Counted from the stretch's first letter, positions 20,651 to 30,617 are shown. The stretch is DNA of 64,000 nucleotides from an uncultured Geobacteraceae bacterium (GCA_937958075.1 CALFFB010000009.1:21367-85366); one strand, 5' to 3'. The notes: generated from the letters alone by a model not told the origin. Translations and numbers: made by a program.

Positions 20651-20923
20651 GTGACAAAAGCGGATCTTGTCAATGAAATGGCAGCAAAAACTGGTATGCC
20701 AAAGACAGACGTTGAGACTGCTCTTAAAGCATTCACCGAGACTGTAACCGAAGCTCTGAAAAAAGGTGACAAGGTTGCAATGGTCGGCTTCGGGACATTC
20801 AGTGTTGGTGAGCGTGCCGCCCGTACCGGTCAGAATCCGCAAACTGGACAAAAAATTGAGATCGCAGCAGCCAAGGTTCCCAAATTCAAGGCCGGCAAGG
20901 CCCTGAAAGACGCTGTTAACTGA
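20651..20923 (+). CDS. hup: DNA-binding protein HU
   Basis: [11 protein letters not shown]...[55 protein letters not shown] precedes GTG 20651. Confidence 0.9.
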   Translation: MTKADLVNEMAAKTGMPKTDVETALKAFTETVTEALKKGDKVAMVGFGTFSVGERAARTGQNPQTGQKIEIAAAKVPKFKAGKALKDAVN

Positions 20924-21007
20924 TAGCAGTAGATTATGAAATAAAGCAGGAAGCTGTAACGCTCCGTAAAATTCCCAGTCGGGCGTAACGCTTCCTGTTT
21001 TGTGTGT

Positions 21008-21084
21008 GGGGCTGTAGTAGAGTCGGTTACAACGCCGGCCTGTCACGCCGGAGGTCGCGGGTTCAAGTCCCGTCAGCCCCGCCA
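21008..21084 (+). tRNA. tRNA-Asp (anticodon GTC), copy 1
   Basis: Acceptor GGGGCTG/CAGCCCC, anticodon stem-loop CCGGC-CTGTCAC-GCCGG, T-loop GGTTCAAGTCC, and CCA is encoded. Confidence 0.9.
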
Positions 21085-21167
21085 TTTTTTATAAACCGTG
21101 CAGTCCGCAGCGCGCATTTTTTGCTGCTGATGGATGTCGGCTGCCCGGTCAGCATTAAAGACCCATT

Positions 21168-21244
21168 GGGGCTGTAGTAGAGTCGGTTACAACGCCGGCC
21201 TGTCACGCCGGAGGTCGCGGGTTCAAGTCCCGTCAGCCCCGCCA
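21168..21244 (+). tRNA. tRNA-Asp (anticodon GTC), copy 2 (identical)
   Basis: Read by eye, the 77-nt sequence is identical to copy 1, located 160 nt downstream. Confidence 0.9.
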
Positions 21245-21257
21245 TTTTACATCACAA

Positions 21258-21333
<76 letters not shown>

Positions 21334-21334
21334 A

Positions 21335-21376
21335 ATAAAAAAGCACCTGACCGTATATGATCAGGTGCTTTTTTAT
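21335..21376. terminator. Bidirectional intrinsic terminator (tRNA cluster / ANTAR regulator)
   Basis: agcacctga (21342-21350) pairs with tcaggtgct (21361-21369). An A-run lies upstream and TTTTTT downstream. It sits between convergent units. Confidence 0.65.
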
Positions 21377-21441
21377 TTGGTGGGCCCTCTCGACATTGAG
21401 CAGAGACCTGGCTGATGCCTGCGCAGCGGTTGGCAGAGTCG

Positions 21442-22023
21442 TTAATTTTTAAGACCCATCGTCGAAGACATCAGTTTTTCAGCACAATCGATCAGTTTGC
21501 TGCGCAGGGTGCGTGCCTTTTTTCTCAGCAGTTCAAAGGCGGCCTTCTGGTCGAGCTTGTGGCGTTCCATCAAGATGCCGACGGCAGTGCTGATGCGCCG
21601 ATCACCTTTCAGAGCGCGCTCCAGTTGATGATTATGCGACAGCAGGGCCCGCAGTTCACGTGACCTGTAAATGCCGGTTTCTATGGGTGGAATGAGCTGC
21701 TGAACGGTGACAGGCTTGACGAGATAGCCAATGCCGCCGACCGTGTTCACGACCACATCAACATGCTGCGGATCGCTGTAGGCCGATAAAAACAAGGTCG
21801 CTACCTGATGTTGATCACGCAGGATTTCGGCGAGTTCAAACCCTGACATCTCCGGCATGCAGATATCGACAATGGCTAAATCGAAAGCAGATGAGGCTGC
21901 CAGCTCGATGGCCTCCATTCCCGATTCTGCCGTTTTTACACCATATCCTGCCTGACGTAATCCTTCACCCATAGTTGCGAGCAGTTTTCGGTCATCATCG
22001 ACAAAAAGAAGTTGTGCTTTCAT
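21442..22023 (-). CDS. Response regulator with receiver and ANTAR RNA-binding output domains
   Basis: REC segment MKAQLLFVDDDRKL...DLAIVDICMPEMSGFELAE...LVKP. ANTAR segment RALKGDRRISTAVGILMERHKLDQKAAFELLRKKARTLRSKL. Start placed at MKAQ (ATG 22023). Confidence 0.85.
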   Translation of the reverse strand: MKAQLLFVDDDRKLLATMGEGLRQAGYGVKTAESGMEAIELAASSAFDLAIVDICMPEMSGFELAEILRDQHQVATLFLSAYSDPQHVDVVVNTVGGIGYLVKPVTVQQLIPPIETGIYRSRELRALLSHNHQLERALKGDRRISTAVGILMERHKLDQKAAFELLRKKARTLRSKLIDCAEKLMSSTMGLKN

Positions 22024-22527
22024 CTTCTGTCCCCCATGTGTGATTGATGTAAATGACGAGCTGCTTCCCTCCATGTGCCTGTATATCCGGCAAAAGTGCA
22101 GGGCAGGCTGTTCCATACGATTTATTGTCGGTTGTGCTTGACTCCTGCCAGCGGCGTGGTAGGGTTATATGATCTTAATGTGTTTTAATGGGCAGTGCGT
22201 TGATGAGCAAGATACTGCCCAGCCCCATTTGATGCGTCCCCCCCCAGGCTCAGCCCCCGCCTGAAATTTTAACCCTTTCAAACCCACTGATATTACCTAG
22301 CTCTGCGCGGTGAAGATGTGTTGATTCGGCTTCAGTCTGTTCTGTTGTCGTTTGCCGCAGAGCTGAAGAGATTCATTTCTGGCAGACAGTTTTTATTCTG
22401 ATGGTTTTTGAAGATTATCAAAAACTATCAACATGTTCAATGGTTACAGTTTGGTTGTACCGTTCGTGTTGTGATAAATCTGCTCGCTATGTACGAAACT
22501 GCCTGACGAATAATAAAGGAGTCAAAG

Positions 22528-24705
22528 ATGAAAAATCTGAAACTGGGAGTCAAGCTGATAGGGGGCTTTTCCCTCATCGCCCTTATCGCCCTCATCATCG
22601 GTGCCATTGGCTGGAGCGGGGTAGATACTCTGGACAAGCACATCACCGAGATCGGCGAGATCCGTTTGCCGAGTATCGAGAGTCTGCTGTTGATCGAAAG
22701 GGATGCGGAAAGTATCAGGGGTGCACAGCGTACCCTGCTTAATCCCCGGTTAGAGCCTGAGGATCGTACCCGTCAATATGATTTTCTGGAAACGGCCATT
22801 AACAGCTACCAGGAGGCCTGGAAAGTTTATGAACCACTGCCGCAAACGGCAAAGGAAGCAGAGGTTTGGCAGCGTTTTGTACCCCTTTGGGAGCAATGGG
22901 AAGAGGGTAACAACGAATTTATTCGCCTGTCGCAGCGGTACGAAGGTACCGGTATCCTGAACCCGGTGCGGATGCTGTCTGATCTGCGACTTTTCCAGAT
23001 CGAGACCTATCAGCTCCTCGGCCAGGTTGACAATCTCCTCAGCCGCAACCGCGCCTTGAGTGCCCCTGTCGACAGCAAGGCCGGCAGTTTCGGTGGCTGG
23101 AGTGCGCGCTTTCGTACCGACAACCAGCAGTTGAATACCCTTGTCAGCCAGACCGCCAGACAGCACGAAGAACTGTATCAGGCCATTGCCCAGGTGGTGA
23201 ATCAGGCACAATCCGGCAACCTCGATCAGGCGGTCAGCCTCAGGGACAGCCGGGTCATCCCGGCGGCGGAGAAACTGTTCACCCGGTTTGAGGAATTGCA
23301 GACCACCGCCGAACAGGCCCAGCAACGCTACGCCGCTGTTGAAAATTTCGCCATGGGCCCCTTGCAACAACAGCAGTCTGCCGCCTTTGAGCTGTTGACC
23401 GAGCTGGTGCACATCAATGAAGACGTCGTTACCTCAGCCGTTGCCGACGCCCATCACGAATCGGCTCTGGAGGAGATTGTTATTGTTGCCGGTACCGCTA
23501 TCGGAGTCATTCTGGCGATGTTCCTCGGCGTCTTCATTACCCGCAGCCTGACGGTACCCGTCGGCAAAACCGTGGAGATGATCGAAGCTTTGGCCTCCGG
23601 CAACCTCGATTTACGCCTGAATTATGACCGCAAGGATGAGATCGGTCGCCTGGCCGACGCCATGGACGAGTTTGCCGATAATCTGCGTGATGAGGTTCTC
23701 GGTGCCTTTGAAAACCTGGCCAACGGTAATCTTACCTTTGAAGCCACCGGCCTGATCAAAGAGCCGCTGGCTCGTGCCAACGCTGCCCTGTGTGAACTGG
23801 TGACCCAGCTGCAGGTTGCCGGTGAACAGATTGCTTCCGGCAGCAGCCAGGTGTCCGACGCCAGCCAGGCCCTTTCCCAGGGGGCTACCGAGTCGGCCAG
23901 CTCTCTGGAGGAAATCAGCGCCTCCATGAATGAAATGTCCTCCCAGGTGCGCAGCAGCGCCGAAGGAGCCACCACCGCCAACCAGCTGGCTGAAGAATCA
24001 AAACAGACCGCGCAAAAAGGGGATCGGCAGATGGCGGAAATGGTTGCCGCCATGGAGGAGATCAACGCCGCCGGCCAGAATATTTCCAAGATCATCAAGG
24101 TGATTGACGAGATCGCCTTCCAGACCAACCTGCTGGCCCTGAATGCCGCTGTCGAAGCGGCCCGCGCCGGCCAGCACGGTAAAGGCTTTGCGGTGGTTGC
24201 CGAAGAAGTCCGCAACCTCGCCGCCCGCAGCGCCAAGGCCGCAGAAGAAACCTCCGAGCTGATCGAAGGCTCTGTTGCCCTGACGGACAAGGGAAGCCAG
24301 ATGGCCGGACAGACGGCCAGTGCCCTCAAGGATATCGTCAGTGGCGTGACCAAGGTCTCCGATCTCCTCGCGGAAATTGCTACCGCCAGCAACGAACAGG
24401 CCCAGGGCATCAGTGAAGTCAATACCGGTCTGGGACAGATCGACCAGGTAACGCAGCAGAATACCGCCAGCGCCGAGGAATGCGCGGCCGCATCCGAGGA
24501 ACTGTCCGGACAGGCCGGTCAGATGCGTGAGATGCTGATGAAATTTGTTGTCAGAAAAGATGAAGGAGGGCAGCAGCTGCCGCCGCGTGCGACTGCTCCT
24601 CCTGTCCATCATGGTGGCCGCAGTGAAAAAAAGCCGGATAGCCAGAAGAAACTTCCGGCCAAACACGCCATTGCTCTTGATGACGACGACTTCGGCAAGT
24701 TCTGA
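22528..24705 (+). CDS. Methyl-accepting chemotaxis protein (two TM helices, ~300-aa helical periplasmic sensor, HAMP)
   Basis: TM1 [18 protein letters not shown]2 [21 protein letters not shown] and a HAMP region. The highly conserved signalling hairpin [38 protein letters not shown] is present. AAGGAG RBS. Confidence 0.93.
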   Translation: MKNLKLGVKLIGGFSLIALIALIIGAIGWSGVDTLDKHITEIGEIRLPSIESLLLIERDAESIRGAQRTLLNPRLEPEDRTRQYDFLETAINSYQEAWKVYEPLPQTAKEAEVWQRFVPLWEQWEEGNNEFIRLSQRYEGTGILNPVRMLSDLRLFQIETYQLLGQVDNLLSRNRALSAPVDSKAGSFGGWSARFRTDNQQLNTLVSQTARQHEELYQAIAQVVNQAQSGNLDQAVSLRDSRVIPAAEKLFTRFEELQTTAEQAQQRYAAVENFAMGPLQQQQSAAFELLTELVHINEDVVTSAVADAHHESALEEIVIVAGTAIGVILAMFLGVFITRSLTVPVGKTVEMIEALASGNLDLRLNYDRKDEIGRLADAMDEFADNLRDEVLGAFENLANGNLTFEATGLIKEPLARANAALCELVTQLQVAGEQIASGSSQVSDASQALSQGATESASSLEEISASMNEMSSQVRSSAEGATTANQLAEESKQTAQKGDRQMAEMVAAMEEINAAGQNISKIIKVIDEIAFQTNLLALNAAVEAARAGQHGKGFAVVAEEVRNLAARSAKAAEETSELIEGSVALTDKGSQMAGQTASALKDIVSGVTKVSDLLAEIATASNEQAQGISEVNTGLGQIDQVTQQNTASAEECAAASEELSGQAGQMREMLMKFVVRKDEGGQQLPPRATAPPVHHGGRSEKKPDSQKKLPAKHAIALDDDDFGKF

Positions 24706-24712
24706 GTAACGG

Positions 24713-24737
24713 CAGCCCCCGGTTCATCCGGGGGCTG
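24713..24737 (+). terminator. GC-rich hairpin after the MCP gene
   Basis: cagcccccgg pairs perfectly with ccgggggctg around a 5-nt loop, starting 8 nt after the stop. Only TT follows, so terminator function is uncertain. Confidence 0.4.
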
Positions 24738-24964
24738 TTAGATCCCTTGAACTCAACACGGGTCTGACTGATGGTCAACCGTTTGCCTGCGAGCAGCCGG
24801 AGATAGTGTCAGCCTTCTGCGCCATATGCGAATTATGAACATGACGTTGATTTTTCCCTGCCCCTTGCCTTGAAATACATCTATACTTGCCGCGCAGATA
24901 GGCTTGCATTGTCGTGAAATGATTATATTGTCATGCAATGAAGTTGCGCTGAAAGGGCAGGGTC

Positions 24965-27064
24965 GTGGACCACAAACTCTTTGTTAAACCTGTATCAAAG
25001 CGCCTTCTGGTGCCTCTCATCGGTGGTCTCTTTATACTGATGGGTGGTATTCTTCTTCTGACCTCCTATATGCACCGCCAGCATTTGCATGAAATGAGTC
25101 TGATGACAGAACAGGATGTTCTGAACGACCTGCAACTGGTGTATGAAGAAAACTCCCGCTTTTTAAAGGCCCTTACCGATACCCTGGTGCAAAGCCCGGC
25201 AGTTCAGTCAGCCCTGGAAACCGGGGATTCCTCCCGATTGCTGAGGGATTTCAGGACTCTGGCAGAAAACTATCAACGTGAGCACGGTCTGAGTCACTTC
25301 TATTTTCACAGTGCTGATCGTAACATTCTGCTGCGCGTCTACAAGCCGGAAACTGTCGGCGGCCGGGCAGATCGTGCCGTTGTCCGCCAGGCGGAAAAAA
25401 CCGGTCTTGCCGCTGCGGGCCTGGAACTCGGCAGCCTCGGCACCCTGACCTTGCGGGTTGTCCAGCCGGTGTATAAGACACAAATTCTGGTCGGGTTTGT
25501 CGAACTGGGTATCGAGTTTCCGCTGCTGCTTCAGCGCCTCCCCGTTTCTCAACAGGTTCAATTGTCCGTCACCCTGAAAAAATCCTTTCTTCAGCGCGAC
25601 CGCTGGGAAGAGGGGATGCGCTGGCTGGGCCGCAGTCCCAACTGGAGTCAGTTTCCAGACGACGTACTGGTTTTCACGACCTTTGCCGATTTCCCCGATG
25701 AACTGATCACGTCCGTCAGCGAGAACAATCAGCAGCACGACCAGGCCGCTACGCAACTGCGGCTGGCTCACCGGGACTGGCGCTTGATGATCTCCCCGCT
25801 GCGCGATGCCTCCGGACAGCAGGTTGGTGATCTGCTGGTTATTTATGACATTACCTCCCTGAACACAACCTACCGACAGGTCATGGCAACCCTGCTCGGT
25901 GGCGGCGGCACCTTGCTGTTGATCTTGTGTGGCGTGGTTTGCGTGCTGCTGCAGCGGGCCGACCGTGGCATCCGGGAACAACAGCAGGCTCTGGTTGAAA
26001 GTGAGGCCAAATATCGTGTTCTCTTTGAGAACTCTTCGGTATCGATTCTGATCCACGATAGTCAGGGTGACATTATCGACGCCAATCAGTGTGCCCTGCG
26101 GACGTATGGCGTGAGCACAGTGGCTGAGCTGAAAAAGGTGGATATTTTCTCTGAGCATTCGCGCCGGGAGCTTGATGAATTGTTGGATGAGCTGGAGGTT
26201 GAAGGCTCTCAGCGCTTTGAATGGAGCTCACGTAATCTCAGGGGTGACCTCTTCTGGGAGGATGTCACCCTGAGCAAGATGAGGGTGGCGGGGCATCTGC
26301 GGGTCGTCTCTTCGGCCATCGACATCACCGAGCGCAAGACGGCAGAAGCTGCATTGCAGAAGAAAAATGAAGAGATGGAGCATTTTGTCTATGTTGTTTC
26401 TCACGACCTGAAAAGTCCCCTGATTACCGTCAAGTCCTTTCTGGATATGCTCCAGCAGGATGTTGCCGAAAACGACAGCGCCATGGTGGAAAGGGATATC
26501 TCCTATATTGATGGCGCCGTTAAAAAAATGGAGCTGCTGCTGGGAGCGCTCCTGACCTTGTCGCGGGTCGGCCGTATGGAGAACCCCCCTGAGTCAACAA
26601 CCTTTGTTGAGTTGATCAACAGCAGTCTCACTGCTCTGGTCGGTCCACTGCAGCAGTATCAGGTTGATCTGGATGTGCAGGCACAGGATATCCAGCTGCA
26701 CGGTGATCTGTTGAAGTTGGGGCAGATCTGGCAGAATCTCATGGAAAACGCCATAAAATACCGGCAGGAAGAGGTTCCTCTCCGGATTGAGGTCGGTGCC
26801 GAGCAACGTGGTAAAGAGATAATTTTTTACGTGCGCGATAACGGCATGGGCATCGAGCCGCACGATCTCGAACGGGTCTTTGTCCTGTTTTCGCAGCTCA
26901 ACCCCGACAGCGACGGCAGTGGTCTGGGCCTGGCGCTGGTCAAGAAAATCATTGAACAGTACCAGGGGCGTATCTGGATCGAGTCGCCCGGAAAGTTGAA
27001 GGGGACCTGTGTTTACTTTACCCTGCCCGGCGCTGTTGCCGGTTCAGGTCGAATCAACGCGTGA
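24965..27064 (+). CDS. Sensor histidine kinase (two TM helices, ~290-aa extracytoplasmic domain, PAS, HisKA, HATPase_c)
   Basis: H-box FVYVVSHDLKSPL, N-box NLMENAIKY and G-boxes VRDNGMGI / GSGLGLAL. PAS-like segment SEAKYRVLFENSSVSILIHD. No receiver domain. Confidence 0.9.
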   Translation: MDHKLFVKPVSKRLLVPLIGGLFILMGGILLLTSYMHRQHLHEMSLMTEQDVLNDLQLVYEENSRFLKALTDTLVQSPAVQSALETGDSSRLLRDFRTLAENYQREHGLSHFYFHSADRNILLRVYKPETVGGRADRAVVRQAEKTGLAAAGLELGSLGTLTLRVVQPVYKTQILVGFVELGIEFPLLLQRLPVSQQVQLSVTLKKSFLQRDRWEEGMRWLGRSPNWSQFPDDVLVFTTFADFPDELITSVSENNQQHDQAATQLRLAHRDWRLMISPLRDASGQQVGDLLVIYDITSLNTTYRQVMATLLGGGGTLLLILCGVVCVLLQRADRGIREQQQALVESEAKYRVLFENSSVSILIHDSQGDIIDANQCALRTYGVSTVAELKKVDIFSEHSRRELDELLDELEVEGSQRFEWSSRNLRGDLFWEDVTLSKMRVAGHLRVVSSAIDITERKTAEAALQKKNEEMEHFVYVVSHDLKSPLITVKSFLDMLQQDVAENDSAMVERDISYIDGAVKKMELLLGALLTLSRVGRMENPPESTTFVELINSSLTALVGPLQQYQVDLDVQAQDIQLHGDLLKLGQIWQNLMENAIKYRQEEVPLRIEVGAEQRGKEIIFYVRDNGMGIEPHDLERVFVLFSQLNPDSDGSGLGLALVKKIIEQYQGRIWIESPGKLKGTCVYFTLPGAVAGSGRINA

Positions 27065-27095
27065 TAACAACACATTCTGATGCAATGGACAGCCA

Positions 27096-27329
27096 ATGAC
27101 ACCACTTGATAAAATCATCGTTGTAACTGAGAGCGATCAGCAACTAGAAGTCGACGTCACCAGCTATAAGGCCGATGCCATCTGGATACTGGTGGGGCAG
27201 GGTGAGCACAGCGTCAAATGCAAGCTGATGCCGAGCCGTAACCAGCTGGCCTATGTCGGCTCGGTCATGGGGCGCGAGTTGATCTACAAACGTAGCGTCA
27301 AGCAGGTGCGTGACGATCTGAAACACTGA
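27096..27329 (+). CDS. Hypothetical 77-aa protein
   Basis: ORF 32 nt downstream of the kinase on the same strand. Weak RBS and no recognisable motif. Confidence 0.4.
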   Translation: MTPLDKIIVVTESDQQLEVDVTSYKADAIWILVGQGEHSVKCKLMPSRNQLAYVGSVMGRELIYKRSVKQVRDDLKH

Positions 27330-27371
27330 AAAGTTGTTACGTTCACGCATCAGACGGTAAGGAGACTGAAG

Positions 27372-27818
27372 ATGGCACGGAAATTTGCTGGACTGATACT
27401 TGCTGGACTTCTGTTGATGGGAATGCCGGGTTATGGGCAGACAGAGGGGTCTAGCGCGTCGATGGAGGATATCAAAAAAGAAAGCCGGGAACTCCTCCAG
27501 ACCATTCGCTCCTATTCTGCTGACAAAAAAGATGAAGCTGTCGAAAAAGCAAAGGAAGGCCTCGATACTCTGGATGGCCGCATCGAAAGGTTAGAGGCGA
27601 GGATCAGCAAAAACTGGGACAGCATGAGCGAGACCGCTCGGCAGCAGGCCCGGGACAACTTGAAAGTCCTGCGTCAGCAGAGAAATAAGCTGGCCGAGTG
27701 GTACGGCAGCATGAAAACCGGTTCAGCCGATGCCTGGGAACAGATCAAAAAAGGTTTTTCCGAAGCGTACCGCACCCTCGAAGAGTCCTGGGAAAAGTCA
27801 GAGAAAGATGTTCAATAA
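27372..27818 (+). CDS. Hypothetical secreted helical protein (148 aa)
   Basis: Signal-peptide-like N-terminus (MARKFAGLILAGLLLMGMPGYGQ) followed by charged, helix-prone sequence. AAGGAG RBS 7 nt upstream. Confidence 0.55.
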   Translation: MARKFAGLILAGLLLMGMPGYGQTEGSSASMEDIKKESRELLQTIRSYSADKKDEAVEKAKEGLDTLDGRIERLEARISKNWDSMSETARQQARDNLKVLRQQRNKLAEWYGSMKTGSADAWEQIKKGFSEAYRTLEESWEKSEKDVQ

Positions 27819-27828
27819 CGCGGATATC

Positions 27829-28476
27829 TCAGTGCTTTTGTGATACTGCCTGTAGCGGTGTGAAGCATTGCTGTAATTTGCGGAAGCTCTGCCGGGGGTC
27901 TGCTGCTGCCAACAGGGCGGAAACCACCGCTACGCCGTGCACCCCTGTCGCCAGGGTCGCCGGGGTATTGGTGCTTTTGATGCCGCCCAGGGCATAGACG
28001 GGAATGGGGCTGAGCCGGCTAGCCTTGCGCAGCTCTGTCAGGCCCTTGGGAAAACCATAGGTAGCTTTGGACGGTGTGTAATACACCGGACCGAAGGTCA
28101 CAAAGTCCGCGCCCTGATCCGCTGCCAGCAGGATTTCGTCGTCGCTGTGGGTTGAGACACCGATGAGTTTCTGCGAACCAAGGAGTTTTCGGGCCGCAGC
28201 AGCCGGCATGGAGTTTTGCCGCAGGTGAACGCCATCTGCATCGACCGCCATGGCGATATCAATCCTGTCATTGACCAGCAACAGACAGTCATAACGGCGG
28301 GTCAGCTCGCGCAGCTTTTGCGCCATCTGCAAAAGTTCGGCAGAGGCAAGATCTTTCTCCCGCAGCTGAATCATGCGCAGGCCGGCCTGCAGCAGCAGCT
28401 CCAGGGTGTCATGGAAGTCCTGTCCAATCGGAATCTGCTGGCGATCGGTGATGAGATAAAGGGAGGGTAGATTCAT
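27829..28476 (-). CDS. thiE: Thiamine-phosphate synthase
   Basis: LYLITDR...LLQAGLRMIQLREKDL...DGVHL...IGVSTH...GADFVTFGPVY...PVYALGGI. Start placed at MNLPSLYL (ATG 28476), just after the thiH stop. Confidence 0.9.
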   Translation of the reverse strand: MNLPSLYLITDRQQIPIGQDFHDTLELLLQAGLRMIQLREKDLASAELLQMAQKLRELTRRYDCLLLVNDRIDIAMAVDADGVHLRQNSMPAAAARKLLGSQKLIGVSTHSDDEILLAADQGADFVTFGPVYYTPSKATYGFPKGLTELRKASRLSPIPVYALGGIKSTNTPATLATGVHGVAVVSALLAAADPRQSFRKLQQCFTPLQAVSQKH

Positions 28477-28480
28477 GGCT

Positions 28481-29605
28481 TCAACTGACGGGTGTAAGAA
28501 AAGCCGTGTCCCAGTCCTTCCAGACCGGATCATAGCCACGTGATCTGAGTAGTTGTTCAATCTGCGCCGGTGTGCGCTCATCGTTGATAGCAAACTGCCC
28601 CCCTTCGTCAGAATGATCACCATATCCACCCGGAGCCGTACAGGAGCCGGCGCTCATCTGGGTAATGCCGATGGGCAGCAGGTTGTCGCGCAGTTGCGCG
28701 CTTTCCCGCGTGGACAGAACCAGACCGGCGTCGGGCAGCAGCAGTCTGAGGGCGCAGATGAACTGGGTCAACTGCTTGTCGCTGACGTTATCCCTCGGGG
28801 TAAAGCTGCCGGTTGCCGGCCGCAGGCGCGGAAAAGAGATGGTGATCTGGGTACGCCAGAAATGGCGCATCAGGTAGCGGGCATGCAGACCACTGTAAAA
28901 CAGGTCGGACAGGCAGTTGCCGAGGCCGAGGAGGGAGCCGATACCGATTCTTCTGAAGCCGGCCCGGGCGGCACGTTCCGGTGCGTGCAGCCGGTAGTGA
29001 AAATCACTTTTCGGGCCGTACGGGTGCAGTTTTGCATACAATGCGGCGTCGTAGGTCTCCTGATACAGGGTGAGTCCATCGACCCCGGCCTCAACCATGC
29101 GCTGGTAGCCGTCCTGGTCCATGGGGAAGACTTCGATGGAGACCGAGCCGCAGTATTGTTTCACGATGCGGACCGCCTCTTCGAGATAATCAATATCCGC
29201 GGCTTGCGGCGCTTCACCGGTGAGCAGCAGCATGTGGCGGAATCCCTGGCGGTGCAGCAGTTTGGCTTCGCGTTCAATCTCTCCAAGGTTCAGGGTTTTA
29301 CGTGGCAGCTCGTTGGTGGCGTTGAACCCGCAGTAGAGGCAGCCGTTCTCACATTCGTTGGAGAGATAGAGGGGCGCATACAGTAATATGGTGCGCCCGA
29401 AGCGCTGACGGGTCATGCGCTGCGCCTTGCCTGCCATCTGTTCGAGTTGATCGAGGCTGATGTCGGGGTGCAGCAGGCAGGCAAAATCCTCCATGGTGAT
29501 CTGTGGTTTTCCGAGAATCCGGTCGATCTGCTGCGGTGTTGTCCGGTCAATCCTGTCCAGGAGCGCTGCCTGAGGATACTGTGACAGTTGTTCTGAAAAA
29601 TTCAC
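28481..29605 (-). CDS. thiH: 2-iminoacetate synthase ThiH (radical SAM tyrosine lyase)
   Basis: Radical-SAM cysteine motif [10 protein letters not shown] in a 374-aa protein, adjacent to thiG and thiS. Confidence 0.9.
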   Translation of the reverse strand: MNFSEQLSQYPQAALLDRIDRTTPQQIDRILGKPQITMEDFACLLHPDISLDQLEQMAGKAQRMTRQRFGRTILLYAPLYLSNECENGCLYCGFNATNELPRKTLNLGEIEREAKLLHRQGFRHMLLLTGEAPQAADIDYLEEAVRIVKQYCGSVSIEVFPMDQDGYQRMVEAGVDGLTLYQETYDAALYAKLHPYGPKSDFHYRLHAPERAARAGFRRIGIGSLLGLGNCLSDLFYSGLHARYLMRHFWRTQITISFPRLRPATGSFTPRDNVSDKQLTQFICALRLLLPDAGLVLSTRESAQLRDNLLPIGITQMSAGSCTAPGGYGDHSDEGGQFAINDERTPAQIEQLLRSRGYDPVWKDWDTAFLTPVS

Positions 29606-30378
29606 GAATCATTCCTTAAAAAACCGGTGAGAGGGCTTGATGCGTCCGCCTGTTGGCGTTGTGGACCGAGCCCCGCCAGATAGGCGAGGCGCCCGGCTTC
29701 GACCCCTTTGCGGAAGGCCTCGGCCATCATCGCCGGAGAGGCCGTGTCGGCCAGGGCGGTGTTGACTAGAACCGCGTCCGCTCCCATTTCCATGGCTTCG
29801 GCAGCGTGGGAGGGGGCACCGAGACCGGCGTCGACGACCACGGGAATGTGGGCCTGCTCAATGATAATGGCGATGAGATCACGGGTTCTGACGCCGCGAT
29901 TGGTGCCGATGGGGGCCCCCAGGGGCATGACCGTGGCGGCTCCGGCTTCTTCGAGATGCCGTGCCAGTACCGGATCGGCGGGCATGTAGGGGAGCACAAC
30001 AAACCCCTCTTTAACAAGAATCTCCGTTGCTTTGAGGGTTTCAATGGGGTCGGGCAGCAAGTACCAGGGATCGGGGGTTACTTCCAGCTTGACCCAGGGT
30101 TCGCAGCCCGCCGCCCGCGCCAGCCGTGCCAGCCGGACCGCTTCTTCCGCCGTGCGGGCACCACTGGTGTTGGGCAGCAACAGATAGCGGCTCTGGTCGA
30201 TATGGCGCAACAGACTGTCCTGGGGGTTGTTGACATCGACCCGGCGCAGAGCCACCGTGACAATTTCACTGCCGGCGTGTTCCATGGCGTCGAGCATGGC
30301 CTGATGGGATGCGAACTTGCCTGTGCCGACCATCAGCCGCGAAGAGAAGGTGCGACCGGCAATAACGAGAGAGTCCAT
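29602..30378 (-). CDS. thiG: Thiazole synthase
   Basis: [10 protein letters not shown]...LLPNTSG...KLEV...VLPY...[11 protein letters not shown]...VVVDAGLG. Overlaps thiH by 4 nt. Confidence 0.95.
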   Translation of the reverse strand: MDSLVIAGRTFSSRLMVGTGKFASHQAMLDAMEHAGSEIVTVALRRVDVNNPQDSLLRHIDQSRYLLLPNTSGARTAEEAVRLARLARAAGCEPWVKLEVTPDPWYLLPDPIETLKATEILVKEGFVVLPYMPADPVLARHLEEAGAATVMPLGAPIGTNRGVRTRDLIAIIIEQAHIPVVVDAGLGAPSHAAEAMEMGADAVLVNTALADTASPAMMAEAFRKGVEAGRLAYLAGLGPQRQQADASSPLTGFLRNDS

Positions 30379-30402
30379 TTTTACTCCTGCTTTATGGTTT
30401 TA

Positions 30403-30606
30403 TCAGCCGCCGCCGACAAAGTGAACAAGTTCAATGATATCGCCATCATTCAGGCTTGTCGTGGCATATTCGTCAGGCGCCAGAATGCGGTGATTCAACT
30501 CCACCACGAGGGTTTGTGGCTCCAGGTTCAGGGACGTCAGCAGCCGCTGAACGTCGGTCATGTCCGTGGTCAGGGTCTTCTGCTCGCCATTGAGGGTGAT
30601 GTCCAT
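30403..30606 (-). CDS. thiS: Sulfur carrier protein ThiS
   Basis: 67-aa beta-grasp-like protein ending in GG (..HFVGGG), immediately upstream of thiG. Confidence 0.85.
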   Translation of the reverse strand: MDITLNGEQKTLTTDMTDVQRLLTSLNLEPQTLVVELNHRILAPDEYATTSLNDGDIIELVHFVGGG

Positions 30607-30617
30607 GGTTGACTCCT

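Noticed and set aside
22230-22262. On the minus strand GGGGGGGGACGCATCAAATGGGGC partly resembles the GGGACGCAAAGCC core of GEMM-I (cyclic dinucleotide) riboswitches, which are common in Geobacter-type genomes.
   Set aside because: I could not find the partner GGCAAACC / tetraloop-receptor half or a convincing P1/P2 arrangement, and the match is only about 8 nt. This needs a covariance-model scan before any claim. It is kept only as the C-tract/G4 observation.
22401-22742. A 113-aa ORF overlapping the start of the MCP gene.
   Set aside because: It is out of frame with a strongly supported MCP start (AAGGAG RBS at 22517). It has no RBS, and its Arg/His-rich composition is typical of an off-frame read.
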